From: Candidatus Eiseniibacteriota bacterium
Lineage (GTDB): Bacteria > Eisenbacteria > RBG-16-71-46 > CAVPCR01
Direction: 5' to 3'
NCBI GenBank assembly: GCA_963702435.1
Contig: CAVPCR010000005.1
Span: 192,001 to 256,000, forward strand
DNA length: 64,000 nucleotides
The notes beneath the pieces are model-generated. The model ran no database searches, was not told the origin of the DNA, and was given only the letters and a program-made list of their open reading frames with translations. Every line of letters starts with the position of its first letter. Within the stretch, counting starts at the first letter, position 1. A program made the position numbers and the translations under genes. Of this stretch, positions 14,140 to 24,057 are shown piece by piece.

Positions 14140-15459
14140 TTGCCCTTTTCTCGTCTCGGCCTCGCCCCCGAGGTCCTGCGCGGCGTCCGCGCCGCCGGCT
14201 ACACTGATCCCACCCCGATCCAGGCTCAGGCCATCCCGACGATTCTCGCCGGGCACGACTTCATCGGTTGCGCGCAGACCGGCACCGGTAAGACCGCGGC
14301 CTTCGTGCTGCCGATCCTCACCCAGCTCCGGGCCCGACCCGGAGAGGCCCCGCGCCGGGCCGGGGAAACGGAGGGCGTCCGCGTCCTCGTCCTCACCCCG
14401 ACCCGAGAGCTCGCCGCGCAGGTCGAGACCGCCGTCCGCGATTACTCGCGGTTCATGAATCTGCGCTGCGCCGTGGTCTATGGCGGAGTGGCGATCGGCC
14501 CGCAGCAGTCCGCTCTGCGCCAGGGCGTCGACATCCTGGTGGCGACCCCGGGGCGCCTCCTCGATCACATGGAGCGCGGGAACGTCTTCTTCACCCGGCT
14601 CGAGATCCTGGTGCTCGACGAGGCCGATCGCATGGTGGACATGGGGTTCGCCCCCGATCTCGGCCGCATCCTGCGCAAGCTCCCGGCCGGACGCCAGACC
14701 CTCATGTTCTCGGCCACCATGCCGCCCGAGCTGAACACGATCGCCAAGAAGGCCCTGGTCGATCCGGTGCGGGTGGACATCGCACCCAAGGTGAAGACGG
14801 CGGTCGGCATCCGCGAGGCGGTCTATCCGGTGCCGCGCCATCTGAAGACCGATCTCCTGCTCGAGCTCCTCTCCGCCAACGAGATGGACTCGGTGCTCGT
14901 CTTCGCGCGCACCAAGCGCGGCGCCGATCGCATCGCGCGCGAGATGGCCCAGGGCGGACACGCGGTGGCCGCCCTCCACTCGAATCGCAGCCAGGGGCAG
15001 CGGGAGCGCGCGCTCGCCGGATTCCGCTCCGGCCGCTATCAGATCCTGGTGGCGACCGACATCGCGTCGCGCGGTCTGGACGTCGAGGGCATCTCGCACG
15101 TCATCAACTACGACGTGCCGCACCAGCCCGAGGATTACGTGCACCGCGCCGGACGCACCGCGCGCGCGCTCAAGGTCGGTGACGCCTTCACGCTCATGGC
15201 GCGCGACGAGGAGGATCTGGTGGCGGCCATCGAGCGCTTCACCGGGAAGGCCATCCCGCGCGTGATCCTGCCCGACTTCGACTACCGGCGCACGCAGGCG
15301 CGCGGCCGGGCCCGCCGCCCGCCACGCCCGCGGCCGGACAGAGCCGCTCTCGGATCCGCCGGCGAGGAAGAACCCCAGATGGTGAGCACCGTGGTCGCGG
15401 CGCGGAGCTTCGGGCGCGGCAAGGGGAAGGAAACGGCTCCCGACCGCCGGCGGCGGTGA
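14140..15459 (+). CDS. DEAD-box RNA helicase (RhlE-like)
   Basis: Q-motif PTPIQ, AQTGTGKT, PTRELA, LDEAD, SAT, ASRGLD and HRAGRTAR. TTG start follows GGAGA. Confidence 0.93.
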   Translation: MPFSRLGLAPEVLRGVRAAGYTDPTPIQAQAIPTILAGHDFIGCAQTGTGKTAAFVLPILTQLRARPGEAPRRAGETEGVRVLVLTPTRELAAQVETAVRDYSRFMNLRCAVVYGGVAIGPQQSALRQGVDILVATPGRLLDHMERGNVFFTRLEILVLDEADRMVDMGFAPDLGRILRKLPAGRQTLMFSATMPPELNTIAKKALVDPVRVDIAPKVKTAVGIREAVYPVPRHLKTDLLLELLSANEMDSVLVFARTKRGADRIAREMAQGGHAVAALHSNRSQGQRERALAGFRSGRYQILVATDIASRGLDVEGISHVINYDVPHQPEDYVHRAGRTARALKVGDAFTLMARDEEDLVAAIERFTGKAIPRVILPDFDYRRTQARGRARRPPRPRPDRAALGSAGEEEPQMVSTVVAARSFGRGKGKETAPDRRRR

Positions 15460-15508
15460 GCGGGGTGGCGACCCGCCTGCGCGCGTCGCGGACGATCGAG
15501 GAGCGCGC

Positions 15509-16942
15509 CTAGCGGACCCGCTGCCGCTGGGCCTCCGGCTTGGTCTGGGTCGCCAGGTTGAAGCGGACGCCGTCCGCGCTCACCGCGAGATCGAGCCGCA
15601 GCATAGCTATGGACGGCAGCAGCGGGCGCAGGCCGATCCCGAAGCCCGTCTTCACGCGGCGCATCGCCAGGTCCTCGCTCTCGCTCCAGGCGATCCCGCC
15701 GTCCGCGAACAGCGCGGCCTGCAGGCCGATCGTGACCGGCCACTTGATGACGACGACCTCCCGCACGGGCAGGATGTTCCGCTGCATCTCGAGCGTCACG
15801 AGCCACTGGTTCTTGCCGTAGAGCTCCCTCCCCAGCTCGTCGACCTGGTGGCCGCGGATCGAGTTGGATCCCCCCATCAGGTAGTCCAGATAGACGGGGA
15901 CGTCCGCACCCAGCTCGCCGCTCTGCAATGAGGTGAGATTGCTCAGGAGGAGCGCCGAGCGGGCGCCGAGCGGCTGGTAGCGGCGGATGTCGAGATCGGC
16001 GGTCGTGAAATCGCCGTCGCCGCCGAGCCAGCCGCCGGTCTTCCACACCTGGATCTCGTTCTCCCAGCCGCGGCGCGGATCGCGCTTCGAGTCCCGCGAA
16101 TCCATGCCGAGCACGGCGCCGAGGCGGAAGAGGTCGTCTGCATTGTCGGGATCGAGCGTGATGCCATCGGTGTCGCTCTCCATCCGGAAGTACGAGAAGC
16201 CCGCGCTCGCCCGCCCGATCTGCCCGAGATAGGTGCCGACCCAGTTGGTCACCTCGGTGCTCGTCTCCTCGAATCCCCGCACGCCGTCGTCGCGGATCAA
16301 ATGCGCGGCATAGGAATCGAAGGACAGATGGTTGGCCGCGATCCACGGCCAGGTGAAGCGGAGACTGTAGGTCGTGGAGCCTCCGAACAGGATGCGGCCG
16401 GAGGCCCCGATGTCGAGCCCGAAGAGATTGAGGGAGGAGACGGCCGGGCCGATGGCGAAGCCGTCCTCGTCGGTGATCTTGAGCGCAATGTAGGGGATCA
16501 ACCACGGCATCTCGGTGACGGCGATGCCGACCGCGACCCCGGTGCTCTCTGGGCGCACGTCCGCGGTCACCGAGCCGAAGATGTCGAGATCGTTCAACCG
16601 CTCCGTGTCGGCGAGGAGCGTGTTGACAGCGAAGGGGCCGCCCACCTTGGAGGCGAGCTCCCGCCGGATCACGTAGTCCTTGGTGATGGAGTTCCCCGTC
16701 ACGTCGACGCGGGCGATCGGCTGTCCCTCGAGCCCGCGGTACGCCTCGAATTGAGCTGCGGTCTGATCGGGAGGGATGGTGATGAGACCGTTCCAGCTCC
16801 AGACCGGCGCCGGCGAAGGCGCGGTCTCGTCGGACGCGGCGAGGGGCGCGGAGACGAGAAGGAGGAAGGCGAAGAAGCCGCCCCCGAGCGCCCGCACCGC
16901 GGGGCCGGCACTTCGTCCCGGCTGCCGCTGCCGGGATCGCAT
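15509..16942 (-). CDS. Omp85/TamA-like outer-membrane protein with one POTRA domain
   Basis: Signal peptide, POTRA-like GNSITKDYVIRREL...ERLNDLDIF, NLFG, the loop motif MGGSNSIRG, FADGG and GFGIGLR. Confidence 0.8.
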   Translation of the reverse strand: MRSRQRQPGRSAGPAVRALGGGFFAFLLLVSAPLAASDETAPSPAPVWSWNGLITIPPDQTAAQFEAYRGLEGQPIARVDVTGNSITKDYVIRRELASKVGGPFAVNTLLADTERLNDLDIFGSVTADVRPESTGVAVGIAVTEMPWLIPYIALKITDEDGFAIGPAVSSLNLFGLDIGASGRILFGGSTTYSLRFTWPWIAANHLSFDSYAAHLIRDDGVRGFEETSTEVTNWVGTYLGQIGRASAGFSYFRMESDTDGITLDPDNADDLFRLGAVLGMDSRDSKRDPRRGWENEIQVWKTGGWLGGDGDFTTADLDIRRYQPLGARSALLLSNLTSLQSGELGADVPVYLDYLMGGSNSIRGHQVDELGRELYGKNQWLVTLEMQRNILPVREVVVIKWPVTIGLQAALFADGGIAWSESEDLAMRRVKTGFGIGLRPLLPSIAMLRLDLAVSADGVRFNLATQTKPEAQRQRVR

Positions 16943-17020
16943 ATAGTCCTCACCGTGCATTGTGTGGAGAGTACTGGGGCCTGTAAAGCGCGACAAGCGC
17001 GAATGGGGCGCACCATGCCC

Positions 17021-20000
17021 ATGCGAGCGAACATCGGGTTCACTTGCTGCTGGATCGGAGCGCTGTTCATCATCGCGGCGACTTCGGCGGTGGCGGTCAG
17101 CGCGGAACCCGAGCCACCCGCCGGCGATGAGCCGATCAAGTCGATGGGCTTCCCGCCCACCTGGAAGCCGAGCGCGGGGGCCATGCTCGACTGGGACCGG
17201 CGCGGACCGGGGAGCGAGCTCGGCGCCGAGTTCCATGCCTCGATCTACCGCGATCTCCTGAACCCCGCCACTGCCGCCCTCGGCTGGGCCGGCGAGGGGT
17301 ACGTGCGCTACGTGGGCGAGGAGCCCGACGGCGGCCTCCGCCTCTTCCTCGCGAGCCCGGCCGCGGAGCTCCAGCTCGGCGTGGACTACTCCTTCCGGGA
17401 AGACCAGGTCGACTTCGTCCTGTCGTTGACCCCGGCGTTTCGCCGCGGCGGGCTCTTCGGCGTGGGCGACCATCTCCGGATCGACTGGTACCCGGAGCGC
17501 GACAACTCGTTCATGTTCGGCATCGGCGTGCCGCTCGGGCAGCCCCACATGGGGAAGACCAGGCCGCGCGACAAGCAGGTCGAGCTGCCGAAGCCGGCGG
17601 CGCGCGAAATGCCGGCAGGAGCAGCGTATGAGCCCGGTCCCGATCTCCGCGCCGCACTCGAGAACGTGCGCCATGCCGCCACCGCGATCCAGAGCTGCAC
17701 GGTCCCGTTCCTCGATCGCGAGATGAGCACCGACCCGGAGGACCTGGCCGTCGCGAAGGAACACCTGCGCGCGTTCCAGGAGCACAGCGCCCGGGTCAGC
17801 GACCTCTATCCGGACGGACACAGCTTCGCCGCCGAGATCGAGGTCTACCACCGGGAGCTCGAACGCGCCTTCGCGCTGGCCGCCGGCGGCGGCCCGGATC
17901 CCCGAGCGCGCTGCGCCATCCTCGCGGCCGCCGCGCGCGCGATCCTCCTCGACCAGGTCATCCTCCCCTACGATCGTCTTCTCGGCGAGCGCAAGAAGCA
18001 TGACTCGCTCCTCGGCTACGGCGCGGCCGCGCGGCGCGCCTTCGCCGACTCGCTCGCGGCGCAAACCGATCTCGCCGCCGCGCAACGCGATGCAGCCTGC
18101 TACGTCTTCGACTCGGTTCTCGCCGCGATGGAGGAGAACCGGGACGCGATGCGCAAGGACTGGGGGGACTCGCGTCTGGTATGGATCCCGCTCCACTACG
18201 CGCTTCGCCCGAGCGATCTCGACACCCAGGCCGAGCTCGATGCGCTGATCGAGAGGGCGGTGGAAACCGAGTTCACCGCGGCCAACCATCTCGCCTACAT
18301 CACCAGCGAGGACTCCCTGGTCGAGATCGCGCGCATGATCCGGAGCGCCAAGGAGTACCACGTGCTCTGGATCCATGACTACCGGGGGCTCGACGGCGAC
18401 GGGGATCCGGACGCGCTCGCGCTCCAGATGACGATCGAGTATCTCAAGTCGCTGGCGGAGCGTGCTCGCGCCTACGACACGACGCACCGGCTCCCGGCCT
18501 ACTTCATCTTCTTCGACGAGATGTACTACCAGGCCAACCAGGGCCGCCTCTACCTCGAGCTGCTCGCCGATCCGCTGCGCCACGAGATGAAGCTCCCGGC
18601 GGAGTTTGCGGCCGGCGAACGCGCGCTCCGCGCGGCCCAGGACGAGCTCCGGGCCGCGGTCGCGGGCTCGGCCACACTCCAGGCCGATGCGGAGCGCTAC
18701 GGACAGAAGTGGCTCGCGAACCGGATCAAGGTGCACGTCAGCGTGACCAATCCGGCGGATGTGTCCTTCCGCAGCGAGAGCCTCGTCCCGTACCTGAACT
18801 TCGTCCCCGATCTCCTCATGCGCGACCACCGGAAGATCTCGTTCCGGGATGTGACGGAGAGCGACCCCGGCCGCGGCGAGGCCCTGTTCACCGGCCGCGG
18901 AGTGGGCGAGCACTATGTCGGGCCGACCTGGGAGGACCGCTCGATCCTGGTGCGCGGTCCAGCCATCCTCGGCCTCAAGGCGGCGGCGCGGGAGCTCCTC
19001 CTCTCCCAGGGGTTCAAGGGCGAAGAGATCCCGGCCGTGTTGCGGCCGCTACCGATGCCGGCGGACTACGCGGTGCGGATCGCCACGCTACGCGAGCGGG
19101 GCTGGCGCGACACTGCACTCCAGGTGCAGAACGCCACCGGGTTCGGGGCCAAGACCTCCAATGTGGTCAAGGCCATCTGCTACACGGTGATGCCGGCCGG
19201 CTCCTACCTCTTCACCCCGGATTCGCTCTGGGACGGCCCGCTCTGGGGCGCGATGCAGTGCGGGGCGGCGCTCCGCGGCTGCCGCGTCTTCCCCGTCTGC
19301 CCATCGCTCAACAACGCGCCGAGCGAAGGTCTCCCGCAGATGACCCGGACGGGCGAGCTGTTCACCCGCTTTCTCTTGATCAACCGGTATCTCGGCGACC
19401 AGATCGCGGCGGCCGGCGGCCTGCTCAAGCCAGGGGTCTACACCAACGACATCCCGGTCGGCGATACCGACAAGATCATCCTGGCGGTCAAGAAGAACCT
19501 GGATCGATATCCGTTCCTCCGGCCGGCCTTTCCCTTTGACGAGGAAGTTGTCGCCGGCCTGTTCACCTTCGCCGACACCCTCGCGGCACGCGGCGTGGAG
19601 CGGCAGTACCTCGCAGTCGACAAGCGGGAACGCATGCCGAAGATGCACCTCAAGGTGAACTTCTTCGCCACCGCAGAAGCGCTTGCGGCCTACGCCCCGC
19701 GGCCCGAGTGGAAAGCGGTCTTGAACCCGAAGATCGCGGACCTGGCCGGCTGGCTGGAAGGGCCGCCGCTCAGCGGGCTCGACCAGCCGACAGCTGTCGA
19801 ACCCACGGCCGAGCGCTGGCACGAGACGCTGGCGGGCCTCACGAGCGCCGTGAGTCCCGAGGAGGGGTCCAAGTCCGTGCTCTATCTCACGGTGGGTTCG
19901 CAGAACATGAACTACCGTTCGCTGATTCTCGACGGAGAGGTCTCCTGCGTCGTCGCCGGACCGTCGGCGCTCATCGGCTACGTTGACTGCCTGCGCATCC

Positions 20001-20107
20001 TCGGTCTCTCCACCTGGGTCGAGGACCAGAAGGTGCTCGAGGCCCTGCTCCCGGCCCCCGAGGGGCTCATGGGCAAGCTCGGGCGCTGGATCAAGTACGC
20101 GATCTGA
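17021..20107 (+). CDS. Large secreted protein: N-terminal beta-rich region plus phospholipase D-like domain(s)
   Basis: Signal peptide, DHRKISFRD (HxKx4D) followed by GRGVG and WEDRSILVRGPA, and a second MHLKVNFF...VGSQNMNYRSLILDGE. Alternative starts at 17003 and 17015. Confidence 0.65.
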   Translation: MRANIGFTCCWIGALFIIAATSAVAVSAEPEPPAGDEPIKSMGFPPTWKPSAGAMLDWDRRGPGSELGAEFHASIYRDLLNPATAALGWAGEGYVRYVGEEPDGGLRLFLASPAAELQLGVDYSFREDQVDFVLSLTPAFRRGGLFGVGDHLRIDWYPERDNSFMFGIGVPLGQPHMGKTRPRDKQVELPKPAAREMPAGAAYEPGPDLRAALENVRHAATAIQSCTVPFLDREMSTDPEDLAVAKEHLRAFQEHSARVSDLYPDGHSFAAEIEVYHRELERAFALAAGGGPDPRARCAILAAAARAILLDQVILPYDRLLGERKKHDSLLGYGAAARRAFADSLAAQTDLAAAQRDAACYVFDSVLAAMEENRDAMRKDWGDSRLVWIPLHYALRPSDLDTQAELDALIERAVETEFTAANHLAYITSEDSLVEIARMIRSAKEYHVLWIHDYRGLDGDGDPDALALQMTIEYLKSLAERARAYDTTHRLPAYFIFFDEMYYQANQGRLYLELLADPLRHEMKLPAEFAAGERALRAAQDELRAAVAGSATLQADAERYGQKWLANRIKVHVSVTNPADVSFRSESLVPYLNFVPDLLMRDHRKISFRDVTESDPGRGEALFTGRGVGEHYVGPTWEDRSILVRGPAILGLKAAARELLLSQGFKGEEIPAVLRPLPMPADYAVRIATLRERGWRDTALQVQNATGFGAKTSNVVKAICYTVMPAGSYLFTPDSLWDGPLWGAMQCGAALRGCRVFPVCPSLNNAPSEGLPQMTRTGELFTRFLLINRYLGDQIAAAGGLLKPGVYTNDIPVGDTDKIILAVKKNLDRYPFLRPAFPFDEEVVAGLFTFADTLAARGVERQYLAVDKRERMPKMHLKVNFFATAEALAAYAPRPEWKAVLNPKIADLAGWLEGPPLSGLDQPTAVEPTAERWHETLAGLTSAVSPEEGSKSVLYLTVGSQNMNYRSLILDGEVSCVVAGPSALIGYVDCLRILGLSTWVEDQKVLEALLPAPEGLMGKLGRWIKYAI

Positions 20108-20115
20108 GCACGGGA

Positions 20116-20853
20116 CTAGCCGCGCCGCCAGGCGAGGACCGTGTAGCAGGAGAACCAGCTCTCGCCGCGCGCCGCGGCGGCGCGCACGCGCTCCATCCCG
20201 CGCTCGTGCGCCGCGGGCGGGATGAGCCGCATCGCCGACGAGCACCGGGCCGCGAGCTTGGCGATGAAGTCCTCGTCGAGCGGGATGTACCCGGTGGCGG
20301 GCTCCTCGCTCACCGCGGCCAAGCCCGCCCCTTTCGCCGCAGCGTGCAGGTCGTCGAACGTCGGATAGCGGGCGAGCTCGATCGCGAGGATCTCCGGGAA
20401 GAAGTGGGTGAGGCTCCGCTGGCGCATGGTCTCCTCGGAATCGGTGACGACGAGGAGACTGCCGCCGGGGACGAGAATGCGGGCGGCCTCGGCGAAGAAG
20501 ATGTCGAGGCGACACAAGTGGTGGACGACGTCGACGGCGAAGGCGAGAGCCGTCGATCCGTCCGCGTAGGGGAACGCTTGATCCGCGTCGCTGGTCGTCC
20601 ACTCGACGGCGGAGGAGCGGCCGCGGGCGACTTGGAGCATCTCCGGCGTCAAGTCGAAGCCCTTGTACACCCGGCCGGGAACGGCGGTGGCCAGCGCGAT
20701 CACGTAGTTCCCGGTCCCGCATCCGATCTCGACGATGGCCACCCCCGGAGGCACGGCCCGCGCCGCCCGCGCGAGCGGGGCGAGGATCCAGGGGACCGCG
20801 GAGCGCGTTTGCGCATACAAGGGCGCGTACGCATGGTAGTCCATCCCGCTCAT
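20116..20853 (-). CDS. Class I SAM-dependent methyltransferase
   Basis: IVEIGCGTG, GFDLTPEML and RILVPGG. Confidence 0.85.
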   Translation of the reverse strand: MSGMDYHAYAPLYAQTRSAVPWILAPLARAARAVPPGVAIVEIGCGTGNYVIALATAVPGRVYKGFDLTPEMLQVARGRSSAVEWTTSDADQAFPYADGSTALAFAVDVVHHLCRLDIFFAEAARILVPGGSLLVVTDSEETMRQRSLTHFFPEILAIELARYPTFDDLHAAAKGAGLAAVSEEPATGYIPLDEDFIAKLAARCSSAMRLIPPAAHERGMERVRAAAARGESWFSCYTVLAWRRG

Positions 20854-23438
20854 GGCGACCCATCCGGCGCTGGCGCGTCGCGCCACGCGCTCTCGCCGCG
20901 TGCGAGCGACCAGTCGTCGCCGAAGAAGCCGGCGCCGCGCACGCCGCCGGAACCGCGCTCGAGCATCTCGACCCCGAGCACGATCCAGTCCGGATAGGCG
21001 ACTCCCGACGTGAACACCGGCAGCTGATCGGTGAGGCGCAGGCCAGGAAGTCCCGTGCCGGCGATGACGCCGACCGCCGCCACGTCGCTGCCGAGGCGCG
21101 GATAGATGAAGAGGCAGGCGAGGTCCTCCCCGGCGAGGCGCCTCTCCCCCACCACGACCGCCTCGCGCGACACGGTGAGCGGGCAATTCGCGGGGAGAAC
21201 CGCCGGCCACACCGCGTTGGTCGTCGCGTTGCCATAGAGGATGACGTTGCGATCGCGCGCCGCGGCGGCATCGAAACGGGAGTCGGGCAGGATGTCGACC
21301 GCGCCGTTGCCGCGGACGAGGAAGGTCTCGGCATCGAAACGCGCCCGGGAGTAGGCCCACTCGTTCTCCGCGGCCGTGCCCTGCGTGCCGTAGACGAAGA
21401 GCATCCGGTTCGCGAACGCCTCCTTGAACGGACCGGCGCGGTGCGGTCCCTTGAGGGCCGCCGGGGGCGGCGGACCCGGGCGGAGATCCCCCGCCCGGTC
21501 GCGCGCGAGATACAGCACGGAGCCGCGCTCCGGCCACTCGACGGCCGCCGGTCCGCCGCCGTCGATCGCGAGCACGAGCGGCGCTCCGGGCGCGAGCGCC
21601 GCGCTCGTGTCGCCGGCGGCCGTCGCCGTATCTCCCGCCGCCGCGACGAAGGGTTCGAGATCGAGGGCCAGGCGGCGGACGTTCTCGGTCGCGAGCGTGA
21701 GCGCGCGCCGCGCGGGCTCGATCGTCGCCTCGACCCGGCTCGGGCAGAGAGGCCGCTCCTGCGCCGCGATCGTCACCCAGCCCGCCTGCGCCGAGATCGC
21801 GGGATTCACGGTCGTGAAGTCGACGTGCAGCCGCGTCCGCTCCGCCGGCAGCCGGCGCCCGGCGAGGAAGGCGAAGAGCGGCGGCCAGTCCACGCAGGCA
21901 TCTCCCCACCAGTGTCCCGCACCCGGCTCCTCGTGATAAGCCCAGTCCGGATGGAAGGTGCCGAGGCGAGCGCGCATCGCGCGCGCCTCGCTGACCGGCA
22001 CGTTGTCGTCCGCAGCACCGTGCAGCACGTAGACGCCGGTCGCGGCCAGGTTCCGCTCGAGGAGGAGCGTGCGGCTCGGGTTCGCGGCGCGAACCAGGAG
22101 CGATTCGACGGCGGTCGGCGCCGGCCACTCGGCGGCGCCGGCGTACGACCAGAAGTCGATCCAGCCGGCGCTCGGGGCGATGGCGGCAAAGCGATGCGCG
22201 AAATGCGCACCGAGCTGCCAGGTGCCGTGACCGCCCATCGAGTGGCCCGTGAGATGGATGCGCTCCGGATCGGGACGGAAGAGGGCCGTCGCGCAGGCGA
22301 GCACCTCGAGCGCGTCCCGGCGTCCCCAGTCCTCCCAGTCGAAGCCGAACGGGCGGCGATTGGTCGGCGCGACGATCACGGCCCAATCCTTCGGCGCGTA
22401 GGCGGCGGCCTGATTCACGGCCTCGACGCCGGCCCCGTGCAGGGTCAAGACGAGCGCGGGCGGCGTCCGCGCCGCGCGGTCCCGCCGCGGCGTCACTGCG
22501 AAGTACTGCACGCTCCCGTCGATCGCGCTCCGGAAGGTGCGGCGGTGGCGGGCGGAGGGCCGGCGGACGCCGAGGGCGAGCGTGGCCGCATGCGCCGGGC
22601 GACCCGCGGCGTCGCGGAGCTTGAGGACGAGAGCGAGCTTCGCGTCGGTTCCAGGGGTCACGCGTGGCGGCGGGACGATGGCGACGGCCGCCTTCCGCGC
22701 GGTGAGCGGCGCCAGCGGCGGCAATGCGGTCACCGCTGACGGCCCCTCGCCGGCGACCGCCGCGAGCGTCCAGCCCTCCTGCCAGGCCGCGGTCGCATTG
22801 GTGACGAGGATGCCGGCCCACAGGGTGTCGCTCTCCCCGGCGAGGAGATCGGGGAGCGTCGCATCGCCCGGCTCGATGAAGACCGAAGCCGGCGGGGCGA
22901 GGAGAGCGGCCGTGATCCGGCCGCGCCCCGCGCGGAAGACGAGCTCGTTCTCTCCGGCGCGGAGATTCACGGGGAAGCGCGATAATCCGAGCTCGTAGGG
23001 ATCGCCTCCGCGCGGCTCGCCGTTGACGATCGCGCTCCGGTGGCCACGGGCGGCGAGGAGGTAGACGCCGGCCTGCGGCAGGTCCACCGTTGCGACCGCG
23101 GTGCCGCCGGCGAGCGCCGAGTCGGCGAACCAGCCGTCCGCGCCGGCGACGAGACGGCGCCAGGCGTTTCGCGTGCCGTCCGGAAAGGCGACTTCCGCGC
23201 CGGGGCGCGGCGTGCTCCACGTGCCGCGCACGCGCACCAGCTCGATGAGATCGACCGGCACCGGCGTGCGGCGGGGCTCCGCCGCGGGCTCGATGACCAG
23301 GAGCTCGGCGATCCGGAGCGTGTCGCCAGTCGCTGCCGCCCCGAGCGCCGGGGCGGCGGGGAAGAGATGCACGAGGAGGAGACGCGCGAGGAGGAGGGCG
23401 GCCGGGACGGAGCCCGGCCCCAGGCGAGAGGCGCGCAC
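20850..23438 (-). CDS. Secreted alpha/beta-hydrolase (S9/esterase-like) with extra N- and C-terminal domains
   Basis: LTLHGAG, nucleophile elbow GHSMGG, LHGAADDNVP and GAGHWW. Signal-like N-terminus. Start uncertain (23438 GTG or 23477 ATG). Confidence 0.78.
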   Translation of the reverse strand: MRASRLGPGSVPAALLLARLLLVHLFPAAPALGAAATGDTLRIAELLVIEPAAEPRRTPVPVDLIELVRVRGTWSTPRPGAEVAFPDGTRNAWRRLVAGADGWFADSALAGGTAVATVDLPQAGVYLLAARGHRSAIVNGEPRGGDPYELGLSRFPVNLRAGENELVFRAGRGRITAALLAPPASVFIEPGDATLPDLLAGESDTLWAGILVTNATAAWQEGWTLAAVAGEGPSAVTALPPLAPLTARKAAVAIVPPPRVTPGTDAKLALVLKLRDAAGRPAHAATLALGVRRPSARHRRTFRSAIDGSVQYFAVTPRRDRAARTPPALVLTLHGAGVEAVNQAAAYAPKDWAVIVAPTNRRPFGFDWEDWGRRDALEVLACATALFRPDPERIHLTGHSMGGHGTWQLGAHFAHRFAAIAPSAGWIDFWSYAGAAEWPAPTAVESLLVRAANPSRTLLLERNLAATGVYVLHGAADDNVPVSEARAMRARLGTFHPDWAYHEEPGAGHWWGDACVDWPPLFAFLAGRRLPAERTRLHVDFTTVNPAISAQAGWVTIAAQERPLCPSRVEATIEPARRALTLATENVRRLALDLEPFVAAAGDTATAAGDTSAALAPGAPLVLAIDGGGPAAVEWPERGSVLYLARDRAGDLRPGPPPPAALKGPHRAGPFKEAFANRMLFVYGTQGTAAENEWAYSRARFDAETFLVRGNGAVDILPDSRFDAAAARDRNVILYGNATTNAVWPAVLPANCPLTVSREAVVVGERRLAGEDLACLFIYPRLGSDVAAVGVIAGTGLPGLRLTDQLPVFTSGVAYPDWIVLGVEMLERGSGGVRGAGFFGDDWSLARGESAWRDAPAPDGSP

Positions 23439-23445
23439 GGCGCGC

Positions 23446-24057
23446 TCAGTCCTGCCAGTGCCGCTTGCTGCGTGCATGGGCCCACGCGATGAGCGCCGGA
23501 TCGCGCGCCGCCGCGGTGGAGAGGAGCTCCCCGCGCGGCCGCTTGCCGGTCCGCCCGAGATCGAGCCGATCGGCGTCCCAGCAAGCACCGACAGTCGGGT
23601 CGGCGGACAGGAGCCCGTCGCTGTGCCCGGCGCAGGCGGTGGCGAGGAGCGCCAACGCGCCGTCGTCGAGCTCGAACTCCCGCCCGCGCAGCGCGCCGGC
23701 GAAGGCGGCGGCCCGCCGCCCGTGCCCGCGATCCCCGCCCTCGTCGCGGCGCTTCGCGTCGTGCAGGAAGGCGAAGAGCTCGACGACGGTCGAATCGACG
23801 CCCGTCGCCGCCGCGGCGATGCGGAGGCCGTTCTCGCGGACGCGGATCCAGTGCGCCACGCCGTGCGTCCCGTACCAGTCGAGGGCGAACTGCTCCCGGA
23901 GCGCGCGCACGAGCTCCGGCGTGATCGCATCGCTCCACGCGACGCCGTCCGCGCTCGCGCCCCGCTCGTCGTCCATGCCCGCGCCCCGCTCGTCGTCCAT
24001 GCCCGCGCCCCGCTCGTCGTCCATGCCCGCGCTCCGCTCCTCGTCCATGCCGCTCAC
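23446..24057 (-). CDS. HD-domain metal-dependent phosphohydrolase
   Basis: HGVAHWIRV, FLHDAKR, GHG, GHSDG and CWDADRLDL. The GTG overlaps the tricorn stop. Confidence 0.8.
   Translation of the reverse strand: MSGMDEERSAGMDDERGAGMDDERGAGMDDERGASADGVAWSDAITPELVRALREQFALDWYGTHGVAHWIRVRENGLRIAAAATGVDSTVVELFAFLHDAKRRDEGGDRGHGRRAAAFAGALRGREFELDDGALALLATACAGHSDGLLSADPTVGACWDADRLDLGRTGKRPRGELLSTAAARDPALIAWAHARSKRHWQD
23953..24048 (-). repeat. 24-bp x4 tandem repeat (MD[D/E]ER[G/S]AG) at the HD gene 5' end
   Basis: gcccgcgccccgctcgtcgtccat units at 23953, 23977, 24001 and 24025. Confidence 0.95.

Noticed and set aside
15509..18913. 1134-aa ORF as a single giant Omp85
   Set aside because: The upstream ~650 aa are antisense to the PLD-like gene. 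An RBS and signal peptide start at 16942.
23953..24048. CRISPR-like periodicity
   Set aside because: Contiguous in-frame coding repeats without spacers.
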